DNA from: Macrostomum lignano
Taxonomy: Eukaryota
Reading direction: 5' to 3'
Length of the DNA stretch: 64,000 bases
Assembly: GCA_002269645.1 (NCBI GenBank)
Contig: NIVC01003717.1
Location: 1-64,000 of the forward strand
A model generated the notes under the pieces. The model did no database searches. It worked only from the letters and a program-made list of their open reading frames with translations, and was not told the DNA's origin. Made by a program: the position numbers and the translations under genes. This document shows, in pieces, positions 13,401 through 45,138 of this stretch (its first letter is position 1; every line of letters begins with the position of its first letter).

Positions 13401-14893
13401 TACCCCTGGTCCACCACCAATGCTGCGCCGCGCAGGCTGATCTGCGCCAGACGCCGTCCGCCAAAATACCCATGCGCTGCAATCAGGACCTAAACCGCAC
13501 CTACTTTTTTAATTTCAGGGTGCAATTTTAAAATTTAGGGTGCATACGCACACTCTGCGCATAAAAAACCCTAGTATAAGCAAAGCAGTGAGCCAATGTA
13601 TTCAATTCGGTATAATTTGGTGTATAAGACACACACTAGTATAACAATATAATAATCAAGACACGAGTAAGAAGTCTTTGAAGTCTAGGAATATTTACCC
13701 TTGTGGTTTTTATAAACTAGATATTTTAGCATTGTTAATTTAACTGGACAAATAACAAAATGTCTATTTGTCCGGTATTAACCGGATAAATAGGAAAGCA
13801 TGCTCAGGATCCAGTAACCGGACAAATAACCACATCGCTATTTGTCCGGTCACTGCCAGTGTGCGGATCATGTACCCGTGTACGCCGGAAAAAATTTGGG
13901 CGTCAAGGACTTTGGACGCCAGTGTACGCCAAAAACAAAAGGTTGCACTAAAATGTACACCAAAAATTCCTAAAAAAAGGGTCATTCGGTTTTCACGAGT
14001 AGAGTTTTCTAGGAAAGGCTTTCGTATGAAAAGTGTCTTTAAAATATTACGAATATTGTCAGTTTAAACAAACTTAAATAACACCTACAAAAAATATCAT
14101 GCAAAGTTAATACTTTCAGCAAAATTTTACACTAATTTTATTTTTTTAACTTAAAATAAGCAAAAAGTTTATCACTGATGATATAAATTTTCCTTTACTT
14201 TACGTAAAAACATTAATTTACATTACAATTTTCATGCACGGCATGAATTCATTCACCAAAATTTGTACGCCAAAAAAGTATGCGTGGCTGTGTTACTTGT
14301 GTACGCCAATAGTGTACGCCAACAAAGTGCGCCAGGGGTTGTGTACGCCGATTGTGTACACCAAGGACTGAGGGTGGCCGTTTTGTACGCCGGAAAAGTT
14401 CCGGCGTACATGCATACCATCCGCAACCTGGGGTCACTGGACAAATAACAACTGCCTTTTATGATATTTACAAAATCATTTTATGAAATTGGCAACTTGC
14501 ATGGGGAAAATAAAGTTGCCAAATTGGCCTCTGATGCCAAAAATCCAGTTGCCAATGAGATTTTCAATGGGCCAAAAAACCCCGTATGGCCCAAAAAACT
14601 CAGTATACAACATCTTGATTTTCCAAATTCATCTTGAACTTGGACCTTTGATGCGATTTTGCATCCTAGTGCCAGTGAAAAAACCCAGAATAGGGGTTGC
14701 TAGTCCTAGCCTAGGCCTGCTGTACTGTGTACTGTGAAAATTATTTGATAGGCTTGTGTCTATACCTATTTAGTTTATATAGGTATAAGGAAGTTGCATA
14801 AATAAAATACCATATGGCATATAGCCCTACTAAAGCAAGTGACGCTTGAAAATATGTGCCTACCTTTTCAACATCACCAACTTCATCAGCCAT
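6778..14893 (-). CDS. CAPZA: F-actin capping protein subunit alpha, 6 exons, ~295 aa, divergent
   Basis: Exons 14893-14864 ([10 protein letters not shown]), 10851-10788 ([14 protein letters not shown]), 10700-10477, 9793-9512 ([10 protein letters not shown]), 8984-8850 ([11 protein letters not shown]) and 6930-6778 (KGFRRPLPV...KIPW). All GT-AG, phases consistent, 888 nt. AATAAA lies ~50 nt after the stop. Confidence 0.93.
6955..7410. repeat. (TGTC)n microsatellite, CAPZA intron 5
   Basis: Direct inspection. Confidence 0.95.
7900..8830. repeat. 25/27-bp minisatellite CCCCAAATCCCAATAAGACAATCTT, CAPZA intron 5
   Basis: Direct inspection. Confidence 0.95.
9150..9450. repeat. GA-rich polypurine tract, CAPZA intron 4
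   Basis: Direct inspection. Confidence 0.85.
9836..10445. repeat. 24-bp minisatellite CCATGACTTCAGGGACTACAGATT, CAPZA intron 3
   Basis: Direct inspection; includes 15-bp deletion variants. Confidence 0.95.
11640..12184 (-). mobile_element. Non-autonomous hAT-like element (older, inverted relative of 13856-14431)
   Basis: Reverse-complement similarity to 13856-14431 along its length. Degenerate 8-bp flanks CCCATTGG/CTCATTAG. Confidence 0.6.
12515..12900. mobile_element. hAT-like MITE
   Basis: TIR TAGAGGTCGGACGGGAT...ATCCCGTCCGACCTC(TA), 8-bp TSD TAAGCCTG, internal ATCCCG repeats. Confidence 0.75.
12906..13574. mobile_element. hAT-like MITE (CTGGGGTTTTTT...AAAAAACCCTAG) interrupted by the 298-bp element
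   Basis: Terminal inverted sequences; imperfect flanking duplication T(G/A)TAAGC. Confidence 0.5.
13190..13487 (+). mobile_element. 298-bp MITE, subfamily B, carrying a 28S rRNA fragment
   Basis: TIR CCCTATTGCAGCGCATGG / CCTGATTGCAGCGCATGG, perfect 8-bp TSD ACCTAAAC. 8 differences in 298 nt from the copy at 50044-50341. Confidence 0.9.
13856..14431 (+). mobile_element. 576-bp hAT-like non-autonomous element
   Basis: TIR CCAG(TG/GT)TGCGGAT...GTACGCCGGAA, perfect 8-bp TSD GGTCACTG, many TGTACGCC motifs. Confidence 0.75.
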
Positions 14894-15457
14894 ACTGAAG
14901 TTTGCCAAGAACGTTATTGCTTGTAATAAAAATTATCTTACAATACCACGATACGCCTGTTAAACTAAAATTTTCCAACAAGAAAGCAAAGTTGTGATTG
15001 AAAATTTGACGAGAAATCTATATTTATCTAGGAAATACGTAATGTACGTTAAAAAGTAACTTTTTATACCAAAGTTTATAACAAAGAAGCAAAGGTTTTT
15101 AAAACTACCACTGTTTGTTTTATTCTTTGTTAACAGTGCTTTACTTAATATTATAAAATACATTTTGCACGGATTTAATTGCAGTTTAAGCACTCTGCTC
15201 AATACTGGTTACATTTACTTTGTGCTAAATTTGCCCACTTTCATTTTCCGAAATAGAACATGAATTAAAAATAGATATAATGATTCAGGAAACAAGGCGT
15301 CCCTCCAAGTTTCATATTCTCCACCGTACTGCTATTTATTTTAAAAGCCAAAAAAACTTTTGTGGGAGAAGCGAGCTACGGATTTTCAGCTGGATGGCCT
15401 GCTTGAGGTACTTTGTAATTTGGATGTGCATATGTAGCATGTAATTAAAATGACTCT

Positions 15458-15808
15458 CAGGGGCGTCGCCATGGATTTTATGGTGAGGGGGACAAAGCCA
15501 AAAATTCAAAATGTACATGTACAAGACTAAATTTTGGCACTCATTTAGGCGCCGCAGTCACTCATTTTTGCGCCGCAGGCATTCCTTTTATTGCCGCAGG
15601 CATTCCTTTTAGCGCAGCAGGCACTCATTTTAGCGCCGCAGGCACTCATTTTGGCGCCGAAGGCGCTTTATTTTGGCGCCCTCAAGAAAAGTTATTATGA
15701 TTGCACGACTCAGGTGGGGTGGGGGACAAAGTATTGGCATGTCCCCCCAGAGCTTTTACTGGGGGGGGAATTTGCCCCCCATTCCCCCCACAGGTGGCAA
15801 CGCGCATG
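15458..15808. mobile_element. hAT-like MITE
   Basis: Ends CAGGGGCGTCGCCA...TGGCAACGCGCATG, 8-bp TSD ATGACTCT/ATGACGCT, internal GCGCCGCAGGCA repeats. Confidence 0.7.
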
Positions 15809-16049
15809 ATGACGCTGTTTTTCTGCTGGCAGGCGGAAATAGGCATGTACATGCACAATTTGATCAGTAAAAGTATTACACATAATTAAATACACTATTT
15901 TCTGCCATGCATTATTAGTTTCACGTATGTTGAAGTATACTCAGTACTGTTTTTTACGATCTGCATGTGGCATGTGTACATGCATGATTCATTTATTTAC
16001 ATAGATTAACACGCAAAGGCGCATTCAGCATGCCAGTGAAGTATGAGAC

Positions 16050-18990
16050 AGACTGGGACTATGGGCTATAAGGTCTGCGATGCTTCACGCCTGCCCCTAT
16101 CTTCAGCAGCAGGTTAAAGCTGGTGGGAGGTCTGCACCCTCTATTTGCCGCTGGCAGCCGCAGACCCCCCTCCCCACGCTGTCTCGCAAGTCGACCCAGC
16201 GGTACCAGGGCGTTTGTTCAAGGCAGACCCTAGGGCTGCTTGACAGACATGGACTCCGACGCTGGGTACCCATGCATATATATCCAGTGGCTTTGGCCGA
16301 ACTTAGGTATGCTGGTCTGGCTCGCCAGCCTGCAGGCCGCGGTGCTTAACGTACATTTACCCTCTGACCGCGCCGATGGGGCTGGAAGGCCGGGCAGTAA
16401 TCTGGTCGCTAGCGGTCCTTTTCTCATTTTTTCCTTCTTTTTGTGACTCTGCTCACTCCTTCCGGTGATTCTGGCGCCAGCGCCGCCCCACCGGGGACAG
16501 TTGGGCTGGGCTCAACGCCGGCTCGTCTGGCAACAAGCCCGCACGCGCACCCGGGCCCTCCGCGGAGGCCCGACGTGCTCTTAACCAAAGCCGCAATGAG
16601 CGGCGACGGCGACAACGGAACAGGGAAGCTGCGGGCCGGCCACCTGCGGAGGGAGAACCTCGGGAGGACGAGGCTGCTGTCGGGCCTTAAGGAACCACAG
16701 AGACCCCTGCCCCCCAGGTAAAAACCTTTGCTGTTATGCCACCCAGCAAACCTGCCATTAGCGCGGCCGGGCCTTCGGGAACCGCCGCCACTAACTACGC
16801 CTCAAAGGTCAAGTTCCAACTGGCGATCATCGTCTTCGGGGAGGAGCAAGACCTCACTGCCGATGAACTCGACAGTACCTGGCGCACCGTCGATGCTGAG
16901 CTCATTGACCAGCTCCTGGAAGGCCGTCCCGTGAGCGTGGTCAAATCTGCCAAGACCGACGGCTGTATCTTCATCTGGTGCAACTCGGAGGAGAGCAACC
17001 GCAGTCTACGCGAGATTCTGCCGAAACTGAACTGGCCTAAGAAGCTCGGCAAGCTCGTCTTTGCCAGCGAGGGCGAGCGACAAAAGACCCAGCGCTTTCG
17101 CTTCTGGATACCGGCCGGCAGTGTTATTAAGTCCGGAGATCAGCTTAGGCAGATCCTGCTAAAGCTCCTCGAGATCAACGGGATCCTACACCACACCACT
17201 TCCCGCTAGGAGAAGGGGGCCACGGTGATCCTAGGGCTCTCCGACGCTTGGGCTAAGCACTTGCCGCCTAAGTCGACGATCCACCTTGGTTTGACTCAGC
17301 TGACCATTCTCCGTTGCGAGGAGCGGAAAGCTGACGAAGCCAAGCATGCTAGGAGGCTTCAGAAACCGGAACTAGGGCCCAGGCTCCTCCAGCAAAGAAG
17401 CTGAGGCAAGCGGCTGACCCCAAGCCCGGTAAGGCAGTTTGCACCACAGACCTGCCAGGAGCACCCGGAGGTCCGGTCTGATTCAGCGCGCGCTGGACAG
17501 CCCAGGAGCCTCCAGGCGTATCGTGAGCGGGTCCGCACTTCTCGCGCTCTACCCAACAGCCAGAAGGTCAGGCTGTCGGCGGGGAGGCGCTAACCGACTG
17601 ATTCGAGCCCGCTACTCACCAGGAGGCTGGCGTCATCCGCATCGACCTCCACCAACGAGGCTGAGGGGACGGGTAGTGACGGGAGGCGACGATAACGCCC
17701 ACGCTGGTGTCACGCCCGAGGAGGACTCCTCAGCCACCCTAACTGCCGAGGACGCCGAAACTCCCATGGAGGTCTGCGGACCAACCACCTCTGAAAAGGA
17801 GGAGGATGACCTGCTCCACGATTTCCCAAATGCGTGTTAATGTTCAGCAGCTAGGATATCCGATGCCTGCAGATCAACCTGCAGCACTGCGTCGCAGCCT
17901 CGGTCAACCTTATGCGTTACGCCGAGCTCGAAATGCCGGGGCTCATCCTTGTCGAGGAACCCTGATCCCTCAGAGGTAAGCCTCAGAACGCCTCTTCCGG
18001 CTGCAACTATTTCTATACTTACTCCCACAGGGCCAATCAGCCTCCCGGTGTCTAACAGGGACATCTGCGTTATCCAATCTGAGGACCTCCTTCCTGGGAA
18101 GACCACCCTCATTGCCTCGGTTTACCTACCAGGTGTTGCTGCTGTCGTCCCCAGAACCCTCGTTGCTCTGCCAAAAACTACGAGCTCATGGTTGCCGGCG
18201 ACATAAATGCCCACCATACTCACTGGGGCAGCACGGGCATTAATCAGAGAGGCGAAGACTTCCTAGCCTACATTGCCTCGAGCTACGACCCTCGAGTTTT
18301 GCAACTCTGGGTCCACCCCTACATTTGACAACGCGGACGGTGGTCGGAGGTGATCGACGCCACTCTGGCAACACCCAGGCTCTACCAGAGTATTGGGGCC
18401 TGGCGGGTGCTTTCAGCGTCCTCACTCTCCGATCACAAGTTTATCTCCTTCAACCTGATGGCCGCGCGTAGCGCAAATCGTTTTACGTGGAGACGGAACG
18501 CCAGAAACATTGATTGGGAAACCTTCGAGTCGACCTAAAGGAGTTCCATCGGTTTTCCGAAATCGGAAGGATATTCGAGCCCTTGTCATGACCTTTACGG
18601 GCCATGGCTACCTCGCCAGACACTGCTTCCTCTGAGGAGACCTCAAGAGTGAACTTTAACCTTTTTACGACGATGAAAATGCTCAGCACTTTGTTTGTCA
18701 TTGCCCTTTGTTTTCCAGAGACCGGCTACGCTACCTCAGACCGAACCCGTCCATTGAAGAGGTCTGCCAGCCCGACAGCATCCCACGGCTCATCCAGTTC
18801 CTCTGGGCGACAAGACGAGCCAGTTTCTTCCCCAAGGTAGATCACGCTGCAGAACGGACAGGCGGATCAACCTGACGACCGGCCCCACGCCTCTGTCTGT
18901 CTGCAGGGCCTTCAGGGGCTAGCGGAATGGGCGACCCTCGCCTCCTCGCTGTATACGGACCACCCTGCAGCTACATGTAAGTCAAAGTAG
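16050..18990 (+). mobile_element. Degenerate LOA/R1-group non-LTR retrotransposon: ORF1 plus APE endonuclease, RT largely deleted
   Basis: ORF1 with a DUF4780-like FRFWIP...ILLKLL segment and an in-frame TAG at 17207. APE motifs CLQINLQHC, LVEEP, GDINAHH..WGS, VIDATL and SDHKFI occur across frameshifts. Boundaries approximate. Confidence 0.8.
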
Positions 18991-19676
18991 ATTACGTACA
19001 TGTACATATAAGCAAATATGCTTGAATGTGACATGCGTATAGTTTTGAATAACTGCACATCCATTTGAAAATATTTAATATCGAGTCAGTCATTGACCAG
19101 CTACAACCGTGTCTAAGATTTGACCGGCCAGTGTTGAGGCGGCTGGCGGCTGAAAATGCAGAGTTTTTGCTAATGTGTTCTCATAATATATAAATCTCGT
19201 CTCATATATATACTCGTAATTATACTACAATAAATAATACATGTACATGCAGTATATTGGGGGACGCAATTTATAAAAATTAACTACGATGTAGACAACA
19301 GGAAAAGTCGATCGGCTACTGTTCATATATAAGCATGCTGCTATGCATGTCTGCTGTATAAGAATCCGTAAAAACTTCTGCTTTGCAATAGACTTTGATT
19401 GTCAGCGTATCAAAGCTATTTATTTTATATTGAAAAAATTAATTTGAAAGAAAAAATGTACACTAATCTTTTTTGACAACAGAAAATTGTATACGTAATA
19501 CTATCTATAAAAATACTACCGACAAAGTACATGCTAGAAGCATATAAGAAACATGTAGCTACGTGTACATTTGCTTTAGGATTTTTTAATTATAAATTTC
19601 CATTGCAGTAATCTTACAGTTTTAATTATTTAAAAACATACAATGCGCTATGTATTTGAAAATAATATTTCTATAC

Positions 19677-39710
<20,034 letters not shown>

Positions 39711-40701
39711 GGCTGCGGTAACCTGTCGCTTATTTTTGTCTTTTTGATAAACTATAGTTCACCTCAACAGAACTTCAAAGGTTTTAGTGAGTTTCAATTT
39801 ACAAATCTTAAATTTTCGATCTTGTATAATTGTAACATAGGTTGCTAGGGCACCCTATATACAATTTCAAAGTTTGCTTATAGTTAGCATATATTACAAT
39901 ATATTACCCAGCAAGATTCGCTCTATAGCGAACCAATCAGCTGCTTTTCAACCGCTGAAAGTCAGTTTGCCACTACGATAGCGATAAAAAGCTACCTAAA
40001 TAGTAGATAAAACGGCTCGTATCATTGCCCCGTGAATCTCTTATCCGCTTAAGTCAACGTCGACGATAGAAAATTCTGAAATGAGAAGCCAACTTTGCGT
40101 AGATTGAGAACTGCAGCAGTTAAAGATTTAAAGTGTTAACCTTTCGTAACCTTTCCTAACCGGGGGGGGGGGGGGTATCCGCCATTTTTTGATCGAAGCC
40201 TTTTGCGATTTTCTTATACATGACACGGATTTACATACTTTACATTACGTTAAATTCAATTACATACATGTACATGCAACATTACTTTTACGTCATATGC
40301 GTCGCTGCAAGGGAAACTCTTAAACTGCACAGTAATTAGTGAGTTTTTCTTTAAAAAACTATTTTACATAATTGATTTCCTTATATACAAAACAGCTTAG
40401 TTGCATGACGCATTCTGTAAGCAGGAATTCATTCATTTCATCTGGCCTAGTTAACAGGCACTTTCTCATAAATCCGAACAGTTGCAATGTTGCTTTTGGC
40501 CAATACAATCGACCTATTAAAGGGCTCGGGTTGATGATGGCGTCTGCGTAGCTGCGTTTGCTTTTTGGGCAGATCGCAAACAGAGTCAGGTTCACGTACT
40601 AAGTAGCTCGTAGTTAGCATGTGTGTGCAAAATAGCTATTCATTTCCGCTGAATGCGATGTTAACAAGCTTTCGCGGACTGAACCCTTGATTTGCTCTTT
40701 A

Positions 40702-40925
<224 letters not shown>

Positions 40926-41352
40926 TAGGTAGACCAACAATAGCGACTGTACAAGGTCAAAAAATACATTTTTATTCTTTTCTTACTTGCCTCCCCAACG
41001 GGGGGCGCAGATTGCTAGTTCATGGTTAAAAATTGAAGGCAAATGTTACAAACTGTGGTGCCAGCGCTATCGCTGTGTGTATACGGTGGTTTCTAATAGT
41101 TACCATCTACTCGCACAAAGTAGATCTTAGCTCAATAGGTGGCATTGTGAAACATTGCACTATCTAGTTATTATCTATAACTTCAAAGTGGGGTCTAGCT
41201 AACACCACTGAATTGAAAGACGAAAGTAAAATTGTGTGAAAAACTACTCGCTACGTGGTCTTCTGACTGGAGTGGTTTGTAGTGTGAAACCTGTTTGAGT
41301 AGGCCTCGCCTTATCAGCAATATGCATGACTTAGGCAGTATACGTTATTTAC

Positions 41353-41425
<73 letters not shown>

Positions 41426-41933
41426 TTTAACAACAAAAAATATGCAACCCCGCATGCAAAATCAGTTAAAGCAGGGCGCGTCAGATGGCGCGCCGCAGAG
41501 CCTGGGAGCGAACAAAGTCCGCCCCGTTTGCAGTGTCGGACGCCCCAGCGTCGCACAGCAGGCAGTCCACGTATCGACGGGTTCGGGCCTGACCCCGCCT
41601 GAGCGGGCCCTGTAAGGTAAGCAGCAGGATGTCCTGAACAGGTTGGGGGCAGTAGCCCTCGGCCGGGATCACGTGGCCCGCCAGTTGAAGTCGCCGCCGG
41701 CGCAGGATGGTGGACGGGCGCTGCAGCTTGGCCCGATCGTACAGGGCCTCGGTCCCGACGCTCTCGTCAGCTCGAAAGGCCGCACGGAGCAGTCCTGAGT
41801 GCGCCGAGTCCAGCTGCCGCTCTAGCGTAGCCGTCAGCGTCCACGTCTCGGCGTTGTAGAGCAGGACGGTTTCGACCACCGCCTGCCACAGCCGAGCCCT
41901 CTGGCGGTCGGGCAGCGCTTCGGATTGGATGAC

Positions 41934-43450
41934 TTACTTACTTACTACTGACGGGGGGCGCAGGCGCCGCGAATAGGCCGCGAGGCCCCTATCGCAACCC
42001 CAAGGTAAAAGAGCACAAGGATTAGCCTTGGGGGTGCGCCCAGTCCCCGCCAGTAGTCGGCAGGTCCGCAGTGGAGGCATCGGCGACCCTCATCCGGCCG
42101 GAGTCCCGGACGAAGGCGCGGAGGTCTCGGATATTGTCCGCGGTGGTCAGCTCGTCCATCCGCTGGGGGTGGCCGAGGTATTTGTGCCGCGCCTTGTTGA
42201 AGTAAGGGCAGAAGGTGACGTGATGCTCCGCGGTCTCCTCTCCTATGCCACAGAAGGGACAGGTGGGAGGGCAACCGGTTTGCAACGATATATGTCTCTG
42301 GAAGAATCCGTGGCCGGTTAGGACCATGCACATCTCCCTGAGGTCGGTTCTGTTAAGCGAAATCAGATAATCAGAGACTTTCCTGTTCAGGTTAGGCATG
42401 GCAGAGCGGCTCTGCCTGTACTCGGTGCAGCTGTTCCAGTGGAGCTGGTGCTGCTGATGGAGCCACCTGTTGATATGGCGGGTGACTTGCGACCTGGGGG
42501 TGGGTAGCCTCATCAGACGGTGGTTGCCGTCTGGGTTGCTGCCCTCCTTGGCGAGAGAGTCCGCGAGCTCGTTGCCCAGGATGTTGCTGTGACCAGGTGT
42601 CCAGATAATTCTAATCCTGTTAAGGACTGAGAGAGATTGCACACTGCGGTGGCATTGAGATACTGTAGCAGCGGAGATATTCTCAGTGGTTAAGGCCTTA
42701 ATAGCAGCTTGGCTATCAGTGTAGAAATTAATGTCAAAATTATTAATGTTCGCCTGAAACAGTTGCTGGGCACACTGCTCAATGGCGCAAATTTCAGCTT
42801 GGAAAACTGAGGTGTTCTCACCGAGGTGCAGACTTTCCTGGAGAAGCATCTTACCCTCGTGGAAAATGGCAATACCCGCTCCAGCGCGGCCGTTGAACAG
42901 CGAGCCGTCGGTGAAGCAGTGAATGCCCTGGCTGCGCCGGTTCACACCGACATCCAGCGGAATGTTGTCTCGGCCAGGGATGGCGGTCTTGAAGCCCCTC
43001 CTGATGTTGAGGGCGGGAGGTCGACTATCCACATTGCCCAGGTCCATGTGGATGTTGTTAAGGTCGCGGCGGACAAAGTCCATATGCGGGATTAATGTTT
43101 TCATTGGCATAAAGCCAGAGGGCGCGTTATTTAACGTTTTATCTCTGATAAGCCGGGAGGCAGACTTCATAGCCTTCGCCCTAATAAATAGGTGAAGCGG
43201 AGGTAGGTTAAGAATAGTGTTCAGCCCCTCGTAAGGGGTGGACGGGTACGCACCTGTGATGGCACGGCAAATGCTGCCCTGAAGCTGGTACAGCCGCTGA
43301 CGGGCGGCCTTCTGCTCCAGCACGCTAGTCCAGATGAGACTCGCGTATGTGATACTGGGCCGGATGATGCCGGTATAAATCCAACGGACCGTTCTAGGCG
43401 AGAGGCCCCAAGTCGGCCCGATGGCTCTGCGCAGCTGGGCAAAGCAGCGT
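41934..43450 (-). mobile_element. 5'-truncated LOA-type LINE (RT C-terminus, RNase H, Cys/His knuckle) inserted in the RTE
   Basis: RNase H motifs FTDGS, VFQAEI, YTDSQAA, WTPGH and GNELAD; CPFC...H...C; (TAAG)n tail; 9-bp TSD TTGGATGAC at 41925-41933 and 43451-43459. Confidence 0.9.
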
Positions 43451-43769
43451 TTGGATGACGGCCCGGATTGAACGGAAGGCTGCCAAGGTAAGTCCTCGGC
43501 GCCGCCGTAGGTATTCCTCCACGTGAGGCACCAGACCGCCGAGGTAGGTGAACCGCTAGCAGCGTGCGAGCCTGGTCGTCTGCCCGTCTGCGCCGCGGCA
43601 CGTCAGGTCCGCTGGGATGTAGGCCGGCACAGTCAGCACCTCGGTCTTCAGCGTGTTGACAACCAGACCGACGCTCCATGCCACCTCGACCAGCCTAGCT
43701 GTCGATCTGGCGCTGGGCGCCTTCAACGGACGAGGACAGGAGGGCGAGGTCATCGGCGTAGCCAAGCAC

Positions 43770-43852
43770 TTGACTTAGCTTGACTTAGCTGCAGGGGGCT
43801 CTGTGCGTCCGGAAACAGAGTGGAGGCGTTGCCACCCATTTCGCTAACCCCT
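43770..43852 (-). mobile_element. 83-bp retroposed LINE 3' end inserted in the RTE RT domain
   Basis: 15-bp TSD GGCGTAGCCAAGCAC (43755-43769, 43853-43867); tail (GCTAAGTCAA)x2. Confidence 0.8.
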
Positions 43853-45138
43853 GGCGTAGCCAAGCACGCTCAGGCGCTTTTCGCCGTGGCGGCGACCGAT
43901 GCGTCTGCGCAGCAGGAAGCCGTCGTCAGCCGAGGGGAGTGCGGTCCGAAGCACCCAGTCCAGCAGCAGCACGAAGAGGAACGGCGCCAGCGTGTCGTCC
44001 CGCAGAACTCCTGCATGAAGTGTCGAACAGGTCAGACAGGCTGAGTGTCGCAATACAGCGCCATGACAGCGTCGACTAGCTGCTGGGGTACCCGGTAGGC
44101 TCGAAGACAAAAGGAAGCGCGGCTCTCAGCACCGAGTCAAATGCGCCTTGCGAAAGTCAACAAAGACAATGATCAGCGTAGACTGGCGGATGTGCGCCTC
44201 CTCGATGACACGGCGGAGTGCAAGGATCTGTGTCACTGTACCGTGTTGCGGCCGGAATCCGTTCTGCTCGTACCGCAGGTACGGGTCCAGCACCGACAGC
44301 AGACGATCGAGCAGCAGCCGGTTGAAGAGCTTCGCGGTGCAGGGCATCAGCGAGATCCCGCGGTGGTCTTCTTTCCGCGTTGTCCCTGCCAATTCTTCGG
44401 CGAGTTTGAGCGCCTTCTAGACGAGCGGCAGCAGGCCGCTGTCGACGACGCCGTTCCGCGTCCATCACTGCAGCCGGCCCAGACGTGAAGAGCTGCGCAG
44501 TGTGGACGGCCGTCCGGACTCTAACGCGGCGCAAAAAGCGCGTGGCGCTGAATCTGGCCGGTGACACCTCGGAGGAGCGCAGAAAGGAATTGCGCGATTT
44601 CTTTCTTCGCTGGCATCGTGAACGCGCCCGCGTCGCCGCTGCCCGCCAGCTTTGCGCTCCCACTGGACACGCTGCTCCCAGCTGAGGAGGACTTCTGCAC
44701 CAGACCAGTCACCACGGAGGACGTTGTGCTGTTCGCTCGGAAAAATTAAATGCGGCAAGGCGCTCGGTCCCGACGAAGTCCCGCCGGTCGAGGCGCTGCG
44801 GCTCCGCTGTGTGGCCTCCCAGGTCACAAGCGTCATGAACCGCGTGCTCGCCGGCGCCCCCGTGCTCACCGAGTGGACCGTCGCGCACATCGTGCCGACT
44901 AATAAGGATGTTTCCCAATTGTGTGTCTTGTACAGTATAAATACATGTGTACTCCACAGGTACATAACATGTTAGACACCATATGCGTTTAACCACATTC
45001 TCTATACTTAAAAAAGATATTTACGTAACAATAATGCAACAATAATTAACACAAGTTTTGCTATCTCAATATTGAAGTCATATTCTCGGGAGCTCGAGTG
45101 GAGTGAATGACGACTAGTGTAAATTTTCATATATTTAA

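Larger units (their letters stand above)
12348..14456. mobile_element. Mutator-like MITE (TIR GGCAGTTGTTATTTGTCC) hosting several nested insertions
   Basis: 18-bp perfect TIR. 9-bp flanks TTTTATTAT/TTTTATGAT. Subterminal GGACAAATAAC repeats. Confidence 0.65.
41354..44908 (-). mobile_element. RTE-clade LINE, 5'-truncated with inverted 5' segment, interrupted by two younger insertions
   Basis: Minus strand: RGISLM, EQNGFR, FVDFRKA, DTLAPFLF, LGYADDL, FTYLG, VETVLLYNAETW and RRRLQLAGHV. Plus strand 44396-44908: KCGKALGPDEVP...WTVAHIVP. (TAAC)n at 41354-41425 is the likely 3' tail. Confidence 0.85.

Noticed and set aside
16000-19000. Target-site duplications for the 16-19 kb LINE and for the whole RTE element
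   Set aside because: Only short chance-level matches were seen, so boundaries are left approximate.
40359-40700. Minus-strand ORF fragments next to (AGAT)n
   Set aside because: No recognisable domain and no convincing splice context.
41354-41425. (TTAG)n as an interstitial telomeric repeat
   Set aside because: It is not TTAGGG or TTAGG; its position fits the 3' tail of the RTE element.
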